DNA of 64,000 bases, taken from positions 827,698 to 891,697 of the forward strand of contig CBDEWE010000003.1 of NCBI GenBank assembly GCA_965243855.1, in the 5' to 3' direction. Each line of letters begins with the position of its first letter. Positions within the stretch are counted from its first letter, which is position 1. Of the stretch, positions 1 through 8,673 are shown piece by piece. The notes under the pieces were generated by a model. The model saw nothing but the letters and a program-made list of their open reading frames with translations. It had not been told where the DNA came from and ran no database searches. Source of the stretch: an uncultured Candidatus Binatia bacterium. Lineage in GTDB: Bacteria > Desulfobacterota > Binatia > Bin18. A program made the translations under genes and the position numbers.

Positions 1-95
1 TGGCCCAGAAGCCGCTCTACCTGTTGATCTGAGGCCCAGGGAAAGGCCTTCAGTCGCCGGATCGTCGTCACATTCAGGACAGGTGTACGTACCAT
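1..95 (-). CDS. Partial CDS running off the window edge, possibly the N-terminus of a Crp/Fnr or cNMP-binding protein
   Basis: Manual translation from ATG at 95: MVRTPVLNVTTIRRLKAFPWASDQQVERLLG. This resembles the 'L+xxPxFxxLxxxxLxxL' start of cNMP-binding proteins; only 31 codons are visible. Confidence 0.3.
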   Translation of the reverse strand, partial: MVRTPVLNVTTIRRLKAFPWASDQQVERLLG

Positions 96-175
96 ACGCG
101 CTCTACCACAGGTTAGGCATCGGATAGCTTTATGGTTCACTACCCGAGGGAGATACTGTTTTCATTAGCTTCCCT

Positions 176-201
176 TTTATTGTCACCCAAGTGACAATAA
201 A
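176..201. promoter_or_regulatory. Perfect 11-bp inverted repeat, candidate operator
   Basis: tttattgtcac-ccaa-gtgacaataaa in an AT-rich divergent intergenic region. Confidence 0.5.
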
Positions 202-353
202 GCAAGGCGCCTTTATATTTACTTCACACAACGCTGGGCAAGAATGCGTCCTGCCATCCGTAGACCCAGGCATCTTTTCATTGTAGTATGCCTAGCCTAT
301 AGAAAACACAGTGCGGGACGCTGAGCCCGCTATTCTACGATGGAGGAGGGCGG

Positions 354-791
354 ATGCGAAAAGTATACGCGTATCAGAAGCTATTTTCTTACCTGGTCAT
401 GGCCAGTTGTCTTTTTCTCTGGGCCTGCGGCGAACGGCCTATGGGACAGAAAGAAGAATTGGCGATTCAGCTCATCAAAGCGCATGCGACTGAAGACGGG
501 TTCAGTATTGTTTCCAATATAGAGAAACAGCGGGATATAGCTGGCCGTGCTGGGAACCCGTGGACTCTGGGACCGTGGGAGGCTGGATTACTCTCTCAGG
601 CAGACCGGATCAACGACGAGCTCAGTCAATATTTCAACATCTTCGAGGCTCCAGGAGGCCGGTGGGTCCGCTTTACATACACCGACAAGGATGGGACCCA
701 CGAGGCGCTCTGGGAGACGCATATCTATAAGAAGAACGTTGAAGGGAAGAACGACCTGGCAAAAGAGTTCATGACGTCGTCGCCTGAGTAA
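354..791 (+). CDS. Hypothetical lipoprotein
   Basis: GGAGG RBS; basic N-terminus, hydrophobic stretch and lipobox-like LWAC. Confidence 0.7.
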   Translation: MRKVYAYQKLFSYLVMASCLFLWACGERPMGQKEELAIQLIKAHATEDGFSIVSNIEKQRDIAGRAGNPWTLGPWEAGLLSQADRINDELSQYFNIFEAPGGRWVRFTYTDKDGTHEALWETHIYKKNVEGKNDLAKEFMTSSPE

Positions 792-896
792 GACGCCGGT
801 TTCCTCCGACAAGTCGTTTTTTTATATAACAGCGGCAGCTTGGGGAAGGGCTGAGTTGCCGCTACCGCGTATCCACTCACACACTCTATCCACTTT

Positions 897-1763
897 TCAG
901 GTCTGCGTGTTGTCTTGTGAAGACAAGGCAACTATCAGATGAGGCTCCCGCTCTCGTTTCTGTAAGCGGGAGAGCACGTCTGCCAGAATACGGTAGACCT
1001 GTGGGTTCACGATCAGGCCAATATGGCGGCCGGTGACTTCCCGGTTCTCACGCTCAGGATCGATACTCGCATTCCACTCGACGACTTCATCCTGTTTGGA
1101 GAAGATTGAGGTAAACCCGACCTCTTCCGGCATGGATGAAATAACGCTGCGGTTAAAGTGGCAGTTACAGTGGAGCGTCCCGCACTCGGACGGAAGCTCT
1201 CCGCGCCAGCGCCGAAAGGGTTGCAGGACGCGTGAGGCAAACAACACCAGCGGGCTCACATTATTTGTCCGTTGAATGGGAGAACCCATCGTGACCACAT
1301 GGCGGACCTGGTCGGGAAAATTTGTCCCCAGAAACCGCGCGAGCATGCCGCCGAGACTATGGCCAAAAACAATGAGCGGATGGCCGGTCTCCCGAATGAT
1401 CTGGTTCAGCCGCCAGCGGAGCAAATGTCCTGTCCGATTCGGACAATCGATATTCCAGTCCAGCCCGGAGAAGTACGGATTATAGCCCATGCGGCTCAGC
1501 CAACCGGCTAAGAGTTGCAAGGTCCAGTCGCCGGCAAGAAATCCAGGGATCAGAAGAACGGGCTCTCCTGACGCCTGAGGGACCGGTGGATGACGATAGA
1601 TGTCGTCCCGGAGAAGGGCACATAGTTGACGGTATGAGTCTGGGAAGGCCGCCGTTAACTGCCAGAAAAGCGCACTAAAACGCTCGGTGTCTTCTTGTTC
1701 AGGATATGCATCAGGAAGAAGATTATCCGGTGTCATGTTGTCCGTTCCCTCCCCCAAGGGCAT
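897..1763 (-). CDS. Alpha/beta hydrolase (esterase/lipase)
   Basis: PVLLIPGF oxyanion loop, GHSLGG nucleophile elbow, KQDEVV Asp, GRHIGL His. Confidence 0.85.
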   Translation of the reverse strand: MPLGEGTDNMTPDNLLPDAYPEQEDTERFSALFWQLTAAFPDSYRQLCALLRDDIYRHPPVPQASGEPVLLIPGFLAGDWTLQLLAGWLSRMGYNPYFSGLDWNIDCPNRTGHLLRWRLNQIIRETGHPLIVFGHSLGGMLARFLGTNFPDQVRHVVTMGSPIQRTNNVSPLVLFASRVLQPFRRWRGELPSECGTLHCNCHFNRSVISSMPEEVGFTSIFSKQDEVVEWNASIDPERENREVTGRHIGLIVNPQVYRILADVLSRLQKREREPHLIVALSSQDNTQT

Positions 1764-1776
1764 CGACTAGATTTTT

Positions 1777-1805
1777 GCTTGCAATAGGTGATAACTTTTG
1801 CAAGC
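1777..1805. promoter_or_regulatory. Inverted repeat in the hydrolase/GNAT divergent promoter region
   Basis: gcttgcaa-N13-ttgcaagc. Confidence 0.35.
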
Positions 1806-1884
1806 GTAACAAAAAGCTTGGGAGAAAGAAACCGGATGGTTCTCGCCCAAGTGGTACGATTGATGCGGCTTGAAGGAGGAGTAT

Positions 1885-2472
1885 ATGGCTGAAGCACGGA
1901 TGCACATCGAACGTCCTTACCCTCATACGATTACTCTCCGTGACGGGTCAAGGGTGACGTTACGCTTAATGACGTCCTTTGATGCTGACCGCATTGTGAG
2001 TTTTGCACATAGTTTACCCGCAGACGATCTTCTCCATTTGAGAATTGACATCACGGACCCTGAAATTGTGAAGCAGTGGGTGCGGAATCTTGAAGCCCGT
2101 AAGACCGTGACGATCATTGCCGAAAACGGGGAGGAGATAGCCGGCTATGCCATTCTGCACCATCATGTAGTGACGTGGCAGCGTCATCTTGGAGAAATTC
2201 GTCTCTTGCTCGTCCCGGAGTATCGCTCTCAGGGATTAGGGCGGACGTTGGCAGAGGAAATTATTGCCATTGCCCAGGATTTAGAACTGAGCAAAGTGGT
2301 CGCTCAGATGATGCCAGACCAACCAGGAGCGCGTGCGCTTTTCCTCCGTCTTGGTTTCCAAACCGAGGCGCTCCTACCGGATTTTGTCATTGACCGCTCT
2401 GGACAGACGCGCGACCTGATTATCATGGCCTACGATATGACAGGCCTGTCCGGTCATGTGCATTCCGCCTAG
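1885..2472 (+). CDS. GNAT family N-acetyltransferase
   Basis: TLRDGSRVTLR start; PEYRSQGLGRTL acetyl-CoA motif A; AGGAGGAG RBS before ATG 1885. Confidence 0.85.
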   Translation: MAEARMHIERPYPHTITLRDGSRVTLRLMTSFDADRIVSFAHSLPADDLLHLRIDITDPEIVKQWVRNLEARKTVTIIAENGEEIAGYAILHHHVVTWQRHLGEIRLLLVPEYRSQGLGRTLAEEIIAIAQDLELSKVVAQMMPDQPGARALFLRLGFQTEALLPDFVIDRSGQTRDLIIMAYDMTGLSGHVHSA

Positions 2473-2501
2473 GCGGTCCATTGAGTGGAGAGAGCGGCAG
2501 C

Positions 2502-3971
2502 TTACGCTGCGCTCGTACGGATATCGGCTGGGCTTTTGTCGGCATTGGCGGAACGGTTTGAAAAGCGTTCTGCCGCTTCCCGTAGTTCCCGGAAAGACGC
2601 CTTCAGACAGTCGGCATACTCCCACCCGTCCGGTATAAGTTGCGGATCAAGCGTGACGCCGATCGAGAGCTTCTGATTATAGCTGGCTACCGCATGGAAC
2701 AGGCCTACTCGTTCCGCTAAGGGGCCCATCGGAAAAAATGCGTGTCGCTTATGCCCGGCGAGATACATCGGGACCTGGGGACCAGGAATATTCATGACCA
2801 CCGTATTCGCCAGCGTGCTCATTGAGGGTGCCTGGCCGGCGAGTGCTTGCCAAGCTGGCGGGATGCAGGTCGCCAAGGACTGCAAGGTATGGAAGGTGCC
2901 AGCCTGATCCTGCTCGTACAACTCCTCAATTGTCGATTTTTGTGCGGACAGCCGTAAAATCGGGTCGGTGATACCTACATACAACGGGATTAACATCGTC
3001 GCCGTTCGGTCTGTGGGTCGCCTTCCGCGCCTGATGCGTGGCTCGTGTCGTTTGAGGTTGACGGGAGAAGCAACACGGAGTTCCAGGCCTTCTGTATTGT
3101 GTCCTTTGGCTCGTAAATAGCGTCCAATACCTCCGGCAATAATCGTCAGCACGACATCGTTTACGGTTCCTCTCAGAACCGAACGAATGAAGCGCGCTTC
3201 GGCAAAAGAGAACTCAAGCCACGTCAATTGTCGCTGGCCTGACAGAGTCGCATTAAACGGGGTGCGCGGTACGGGTTGCATGAGGGTTGGAATGAGGCTC
3301 ATCAGCGCGGTACTTAGTCGTTTTGACCGTGAGCCGTGGGGCGGCGAGCGAAAGGCCTGGAAACTCTGATCGGCCCACCACTGCACCACCTCAGTCATGC
3401 GGTCCCGCACCGCCTCTTGCAGAAGCGTCATCGCATCGGGAATGGCTTCAGGCTCCCACGAATCGTGTGGCGGTGAGCCGTGTTCGCTCTCCGGTCTCAG
3501 GTCATGCAGGACAAGCATCAGATCAATGCCTGAGACGCCTTCCAGCATAGCTTGGTGAACGCGGGCCAGGACCATGGTGTCACCGTCCGGACGGCCGTGG
3601 ATGAGCGTCAGTTTCCACAAGGGTCGGTCTCGATCCAATGGCGTGCTAAACACTTGGCTGCATACCTGAGAAATAACCCGATCATCGGCCAGAGGAGGAA
3701 GGGTGACTTCGTCTACATGATAGGTAAGATCGAAATCTGGATCATCCTCCCAGGTAGGATGGGCAATGTTCAGGGGAGCGAAAACAGCCTTCTGGCGATA
3801 CTGGGGTAGGCGGTCAAAACGACTTTCAATTAATGAACAGAGCTCGTCTTTTGAAAGAGTGCCATCATACAGGCTACAGCCCCCAATATGCATGGGGGTG
3901 TGTGGTTTCTCTCTGTAGAGAAAGGCTGCCTCAGTCTGAGTTAAACGTCTATACGTCCTGTCTTGAGCCAT
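2502..3971 (-). CDS. Wax ester synthase/diacylglycerol acyltransferase family protein with a degenerate active site
   Basis: FLYxE..TPMHIG, WEDDPDFDLTYHV, PLDRDRPLW, GTVNDVVL and NIPGP motifs; HHxxxDG reads HQAMLEG. Confidence 0.9.
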   Translation of the reverse strand: MAQDRTYRRLTQTEAAFLYREKPHTPMHIGGCSLYDGTLSKDELCSLIESRFDRLPQYRQKAVFAPLNIAHPTWEDDPDFDLTYHVDEVTLPPLADDRVISQVCSQVFSTPLDRDRPLWKLTLIHGRPDGDTMVLARVHQAMLEGVSGIDLMLVLHDLRPESEHGSPPHDSWEPEAIPDAMTLLQEAVRDRMTEVVQWWADQSFQAFRSPPHGSRSKRLSTALMSLIPTLMQPVPRTPFNATLSGQRQLTWLEFSFAEARFIRSVLRGTVNDVVLTIIAGGIGRYLRAKGHNTEGLELRVASPVNLKRHEPRIRRGRRPTDRTATMLIPLYVGITDPILRLSAQKSTIEELYEQDQAGTFHTLQSLATCIPPAWQALAGQAPSMSTLANTVVMNIPGPQVPMYLAGHKRHAFFPMGPLAERVGLFHAVASYNQKLSIGVTLDPQLIPDGWEYADCLKASFRELREAAERFSNRSANADKSPADIRTSAA

Positions 3972-3999
3972 ATCTGACTTGTTAGAGGATATACAGGGA

Positions 4000-4027
4000 G
4001 AAAAAAAGAGGGACCGCAGTCCCTCTT
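4000..4027 (-). terminator. Intrinsic terminator after the PhaE-like gene
   Basis: Minus strand aagagggac-tgcg-gtccctctt followed by a T-run. Confidence 0.7.
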
Positions 4028-4059
4028 CCTTATGGTTTCAGCGAGTGGGGAAAACCGAA

Positions 4060-4524
4060 CTAGGCTGCTACACGTTTGAGAGGGGTAGCAGGCTGCTCAA
4101 CCTTTGGAGATATCGCTCTGAGACCTGTTTCCCCCCGGAGAGCCGTGACTTCTTCCCTGAGAGCACGAATCTCGGTCTGGAGTGCCCGAGTCTCATTCGC
4201 TGACGGCAGTCCCGCCGCTTGGGTCAACCCAGTCAGAACGGTCTTGGTCAGGGCATTACTGACCTGCTGCCAGCGCAAAAATCCGTCCAGTGCCCGTGCA
4301 GTTGCCTCCGTAAACTGTGGGGTGCGATACAAGTTATCGATGCCCTGAGAGGCCAGTCGGACCATGGCATCATAGCCACCCCAGGCGCTGGTCGTTGTTT
4401 CTTGGTCATCTCCCAAGCCCAAACCCTGCCGTATACCAGCTACGGGCAGGTCGAAGAGCAGGGTCTTATATACTTTCATGGCATCCGTCATCATATTCGC
4501 GACATTAGTCTCTGCCATTGCCAT
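4060..4524 (-). CDS. PhaE-like / PHA-granule-associated protein
   Basis: Helical protein with RTPQF and C-terminal GLPSANETRALQTEIRALREEV coiled coil, typical of PhaE-type C-termini; own RBS and terminator. Confidence 0.5.
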   Translation of the reverse strand: MAMAETNVANMMTDAMKVYKTLLFDLPVAGIRQGLGLGDDQETTTSAWGGYDAMVRLASQGIDNLYRTPQFTEATARALDGFLRWQQVSNALTKTVLTGLTQAAGLPSANETRALQTEIRALREEVTALRGETGLRAISPKVEQPATPLKRVAA

Positions 4525-4931
4525 TCTCCTTCATGTGTTTCGTGTGAACGTTTTCTACTCTACGACGATTGCAGGACCCAACCAAGCAAGCCATCGTCAC
4601 CTATGTGACCTTCGTTTCTGTTTTTTTGAGACTAACTCTTCTTTTTGTCTCCTCGGTGACATCGCCGTGACCTTGCATGAAAAAAGAAGTCAAAGGAATG
4701 AAGCGGCAAATCAGGTGCCATCCTGCTGCATGAGAGATATCCCTGAAAGACAAGGTAAATTTTCTCTCTCAAGGAGCGCGGAGGCAGGAGACTGCCAAAT
4801 TCCCGGGCACCAAGTGTTGACCAGGCAACACAAACCTGCACGGAGCAAGCCAGTTTGCCGTTCGGGGAGCGAGCCTTTATAGTACTCTTCTCCGGCACGT
4901 CTCACGGCCCAAGAAAAAAGGAGAGGGAGAA

Positions 4932-5405
4932 ATGACTCACGAGGAAATGGTTCAAGAACTCTGGGACCGAGAACACATTAAAGAACTGACCTACCAGTAC
5001 GGTTTGGCAATTGAGGCCCAGGATGAGGAAAAAATGGCCAATTTGTTCACCCCGGACGGCTCGGTGGATTTCAGTGCCATGGGCCGAGGCGTGATACAAG
5101 GGACAGACGCTATTAAAGAATTTTACCGCTCAACCTGGCCCCTCAAGGTCAAGCCGTTTTTCACGAATCATGTCATGCAGATTCATGGAGACACTGCGAC
5201 CGGCATCTGTTCGGTTGAGAACCGGGCCACCCGCGGCAGCGAGAGCCTCATTGGCGCGGGCCGCCTGCATGACGAGTACGTCAAGGTGGACGGGGTGTGG
5301 AAATTCAAATCCCGCCGGGTGGATATGTTCTACTTCACTCCTATATCCGAAGGTTGGGCCAAGGTGGATGGTCTCGGAAAATTGGAGGTCGGGCAAGAGT
5401 CCTGA
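4932..5405 (+). CDS. NTF2/SnoaL-like (SnoaL_4) protein
   Basis: DREHIKELTYQYGLAIE..LFTPDG..GRLHDEYVKVDGVWKFKSR pattern. Confidence 0.85.
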   Translation: MTHEEMVQELWDREHIKELTYQYGLAIEAQDEEKMANLFTPDGSVDFSAMGRGVIQGTDAIKEFYRSTWPLKVKPFFTNHVMQIHGDTATGICSVENRATRGSESLIGAGRLHDEYVKVDGVWKFKSRRVDMFYFTPISEGWAKVDGLGKLEVGQES

Positions 5406-5501
5406 GAACAGCACAATAGGGTTGAATATCATAGCTGAAGATGCTAGCGAAAAAGGGTCGACGAAGTTTTGTTAGAGTAACTGTACGAAGGGAGGCTACA
5501 G

Positions 5502-5720
5502 ATGAAGCGTTGGACGATAGTGATGGCATTGGCCCTGGCTATAGGGCTCATTAGTGCTCCTGTCGGTGTGTATGCGGATAGCCACGAGGCAGGAGAAACT
5601 TCTAGCGACAGCGGCGGCGACGGTGGCGGCGATGAGAAAAAGGACGATGGGAACGGTGGTGGAGACGGCGGTGACGGTGCTTGTGGTGGTGGCGATGCGT
5701 CGCATGAGGGCTCACACTAA
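5502..5720 (+). CDS. Small secreted Gly/Asp-rich peptide
   Basis: GGAGG RBS; Sec signal ending VYA; low-complexity mature part; terminator directly downstream. Confidence 0.75.
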   Translation: MKRWTIVMALALAIGLISAPVGVYADSHEAGETSSDSGGDGGGDEKKDDGNGGGDGGDGACGGGDASHEGSH

Positions 5721-5761
5721 GCCCTTGGGCCTTGTATCCCTCACATAGGTAGACAATACGG

Positions 5762-5797
5762 AACGGGGCGTTCTTTTGAAGAACGCCCCGTTTTTTA
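5762..5797 (+). terminator. Intrinsic terminator
   Basis: aacggggcgttctt-ttg-aagaacgccccgtt followed by a T-run. Confidence 0.8.
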
Positions 5798-5882
5798 TAC
5801 AGGAACCTCATCCATAGAAAATATCCTTTTCCGGCTCTATTCCGGTGCTAGGCTAGAGAGCATCACCGGGTTGGGAGAAGTA

Positions 5883-6200
5883 ATGGGGCGGGCCCTACCC
5901 AAGAGCGCTTTCTTTTCGGACGTCACATCGGCTGACATCCAACGCGAAAAAAATCGCGCCCGCGAACTGCGCCGCTCAGCCTGGTGGAAGCGCAAACGTG
6001 CGAGCGGGGTGTGTTACTACTGTCAGCAGCAGTTCCCTCCGGCCGAACTCACCATGGACCATCTTGTTCCTCTCGTCCGGGGTGGGAAGTCAACCAAAGG
6101 TAACCTGGTTGCCGCGTGCAAAGACTGCAATAGTAAAAAAAAGTATGCCTTGCCCTGGGAATGGGAAGTTGAGCAAACGCAGTCCTCGTCTCATGAGTGA
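5883..6200 (+). CDS. HNH endonuclease family protein
   Basis: CYYC..LTMDHLVPLVRGGKSTKGNLVAACKDCNSKK. Confidence 0.85.
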   Translation: MGRALPKSAFFSDVTSADIQREKNRARELRRSAWWKRKRASGVCYYCQQQFPPAELTMDHLVPLVRGGKSTKGNLVAACKDCNSKKKYALPWEWEVEQTQSSSHE

Positions 6201-6204
6201 GCTG

Positions 6205-6588
6205 TTATGAGGGAACCTCGATTTCGAGGGTGTCGCCTGTTCGCCGCACGGGATAAGTCCGAGCTGGCCTGCGAGCAGGGCCGCGGAGGACTGCTCCGGT
6301 TTTCAGATCAAAACGAGCGCCATGCGCTCGGCATATAAGGGTGTGGTCCGTTACGATTCCGGCCGAAAGCGGAACTCGATTATGCGGACAGGCGTTATAC
6401 AGCGCATAGACCTCCTCGCCCAGTCGAAAAATCGCGATTTTTCTTCCAGCAACGACGACAGGCTTGCCTTGGCCGTCGGGAAAATTGTCCAACGCGCCGA
6501 GTGGAACACAGACGGGAGGCGGTGGAGGCAGAGAAGGAGAAGATAGGGAAGGAAAGAAGCGACGAAGAAATTTCTGGTACAGACTCAA
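6205..6588 (-). CDS. Rieske [2Fe-2S] ferredoxin
   Basis: NACPH..ICRAHGARFDLKTG; Pro-rich N-terminal extension. Confidence 0.85.
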   Translation of the reverse strand: MSLYQKFLRRFFPSLSSPSLPPPPPVCVPLGALDNFPDGQGKPVVVAGRKIAIFRLGEEVYALYNACPHNRVPLSAGIVTDHTLICRAHGARFDLKTGAVLRGPARRPARTYPVRRTGDTLEIEVPS

Positions 6589-6624
6589 AACAGACGCCCC
6601 CAGAATACGCTCATCCGGCCGTCG

Positions 6625-6660
6625 AGTCCCCAGTCCCCAACCTCTAACCCCTCATCCTCT
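6625..6660. repeat. Degenerate heptamer tandem repeats
   Basis: agtcccc agtcccc aacctct aacccct catcctct, intergenic. Confidence 0.35.
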
Positions 6661-6665
6661 CCATT

Positions 6666-7790
6666 CTACTCCGCCGGAAAATCATACAGATTGACACAAT
6701 TATCGTGTACGATCTTGCGTGTATCGTCTTCTGGAATAGCAGAAAAATTATTCGCCACCTGCTGGCGCGAGAAGGGCCACACCCCTTCGGTATGGGGATA
6801 ATCTGAGCCCCACATCAGGTGCTCAACACCCATCAACTCGCGGGTGAGCACTCCGGCGCGATCGTCCTCGAACGTGGCATAAAACTGACGATGGAAATAA
6901 GTGCTTGGGTGCTCGGGCAAACGTGGCTCCATCCAGCCCTTATGGTCCTGCCACCAGTGATCCATAAATCCCAGTGCCGCCCCAATCCAGCCGATCCCGC
7001 TTTCGACCAAGGCCCATTTCAACTTGGGGAAACGGATCGGAGCGCCACCCCAAATAAGCTGCTGCAAGGTCTCGTTCATCTCAAACTTCACAATGCCGAT
7101 GATGATGCCACCAGCACCCGGACCATGGGAGCGGCCAAACGGGTCACGACCGCCAATGTGAATGCTGGCAATGAGGTTCATGTCCTGTAGTGCGGCCCAC
7201 AGCGGGTCCCAGTCAGGCAGATTATACGGACGGTCGTCCACCCAGGCCGGTAACATCACACTGACGAGACCCAGCTTGGCGCAGCGCTCCGTTTCCGTAA
7301 TAGCCCATTCAATCGGACCCCGGCACGGCACCATGCCCACCCCTTTAAGCCGGTCCGGATAGGCCGAACAATATTCCGCCAGCCAGTCGTTATACGCCCG
7401 GCAGCAGGCGTACAGGTATTCGGCATCAGGGGCACGCACCAGCGTCAGCCCCACTCCAGGATAGATGACCTCCCCGGACACCCCATCCATGTCCTGGTCT
7501 TTCAGCCGCTCATGCGGGTCCCAGCTCCCAGGACGATTATCCGCATAACGAAAGCCCTTCGGGGCGGGGATATCCATACCCTGGGCCTTGAGGTCCTGCA
7601 TTGGCCCCTCAAACGCCAAGGGACGCGGCCGCAGACCGTCAATGACAATATAATCCCCGCTCTCGTCCAGGGCCTCAATGCGCGGTGCTTTATCCCGCCA
7701 TTTCTTGTCCATCCGCGTCAGCCACAGATCAGCTGGCTCCACAATATGAGAATCGGCTGAGAGGAGGCGTTTGGTATAGGGCTCGGTCAT
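6666..7790 (-). CDS. Amidohydrolase family 2 protein
   Basis: SADSHIVEP, RLKDQDMDGV, SIHIG, LVESGIGW, MWGSDYPH. Confidence 0.9.
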   Translation of the reverse strand: MTEPYTKRLLSADSHIVEPADLWLTRMDKKWRDKAPRIEALDESGDYIVIDGLRPRPLAFEGPMQDLKAQGMDIPAPKGFRYADNRPGSWDPHERLKDQDMDGVSGEVIYPGVGLTLVRAPDAEYLYACCRAYNDWLAEYCSAYPDRLKGVGMVPCRGPIEWAITETERCAKLGLVSVMLPAWVDDRPYNLPDWDPLWAALQDMNLIASIHIGGRDPFGRSHGPGAGGIIIGIVKFEMNETLQQLIWGGAPIRFPKLKWALVESGIGWIGAALGFMDHWWQDHKGWMEPRLPEHPSTYFHRQFYATFEDDRAGVLTRELMGVEHLMWGSDYPHTEGVWPFSRQQVANNFSAIPEDDTRKIVHDNCVNLYDFPAE

Positions 7791-7808
7791 GCTTGCACCC
7801 CGTCTGTC

Positions 7809-8357
7809 TTACTTCTTCGAAGCTCCCGCCTTTTTCACCGTCGTCCTCTTTTTTGCCGTCACTCGCTTCTTGGAGGGCGCCCGTTTTGCCGATGCGGTCC
7901 GTTTTCTCGCGGGCTTGAGCGAAACTTTATTACACGTACACGTCCCGACTTGATGCAACTCGATGATATTATCAAAGGGGTCGCGGACAAACACTTGGTC
8001 TGAATTCTGACCAACGAGGCCCTGGATACCCCAATACCAAATTTTGCGCTTATCGAGCTCTTTCCGCGCGGCCTGAATGTCTTTGACCGCCAGGGCGACA
8101 TGGGGCAGGGTGGGGTCTTCTTTCCTAGAGCGGGCCATCGGCGACTTGCCTTTAGCGCCCATCAGATGAATCTGGGTGGTGTTCTTCCCTTCACCTACAT
8201 ACATCCAAAAACCGGGAATGGATGCAATGTTCGGCCGAGCCGGGTCTGTGTTCAGACCCAAAACATCAGCATAAAACTTCCGTGCTTTTTCCGCATCCTT
8301 TTGGGTGTTGCCGATCCGAATCCCGTGATGATGCAGCTCCACAACTTCAATAGCCAT
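7809..8357 (-). CDS. VOC/glyoxalase family protein with a Lys/Arg/Ala-rich C-terminal tail
   Basis: LHHHGI, QIHL, PHVALAVKDI, FVRDPFDNIIEL. Confidence 0.85.
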   Translation of the reverse strand: MAIEVVELHHHGIRIGNTQKDAEKARKFYADVLGLNTDPARPNIASIPGFWMYVGEGKNTTQIHLMGAKGKSPMARSRKEDPTLPHVALAVKDIQAARKELDKRKIWYWGIQGLVGQNSDQVFVRDPFDNIIELHQVGTCTCNKVSLKPARKRTASAKRAPSKKRVTAKKRTTVKKAGASKK

Positions 8358-8673
8358 ACTCATCCCTCCTTGGAGTAACATTTGCTATCCCCTGGTATAT
8401 AGCACAAGCGGGACAGGAAGGAAAAAGCGTCCTCTCTCTCGGTCGTTCAGCGGTATGCATTCTTCTTTGCACGAGGAGGGATCGTGAGGGCGAGTGACAA
8501 CGGTCTCAAGAATAGTGTAGGGTGCGGATGGAGAGAAGAAGCGCACCTTGCACCCTATCTGAGGAAACTCCATCAATCTCGTTTCCTGGTCACAGAGGTA
8601 TACCCGGAAGACCTGGAAGTGTCACAAGGCAACAGCGCCCGTCTGTTGCGCAAAAAGGAATACTGAGCCGTTT

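Noticed and set aside
4843-4861. Sigma54 promoter on the minus strand
   Set aside because: GG-to-GC spacing is 11 nt rather than 10.
5883-6200. HNH gene as a mobile or defence element
   Set aside because: It is a short stand-alone HNH protein with no mobility or defence context and ordinary composition.
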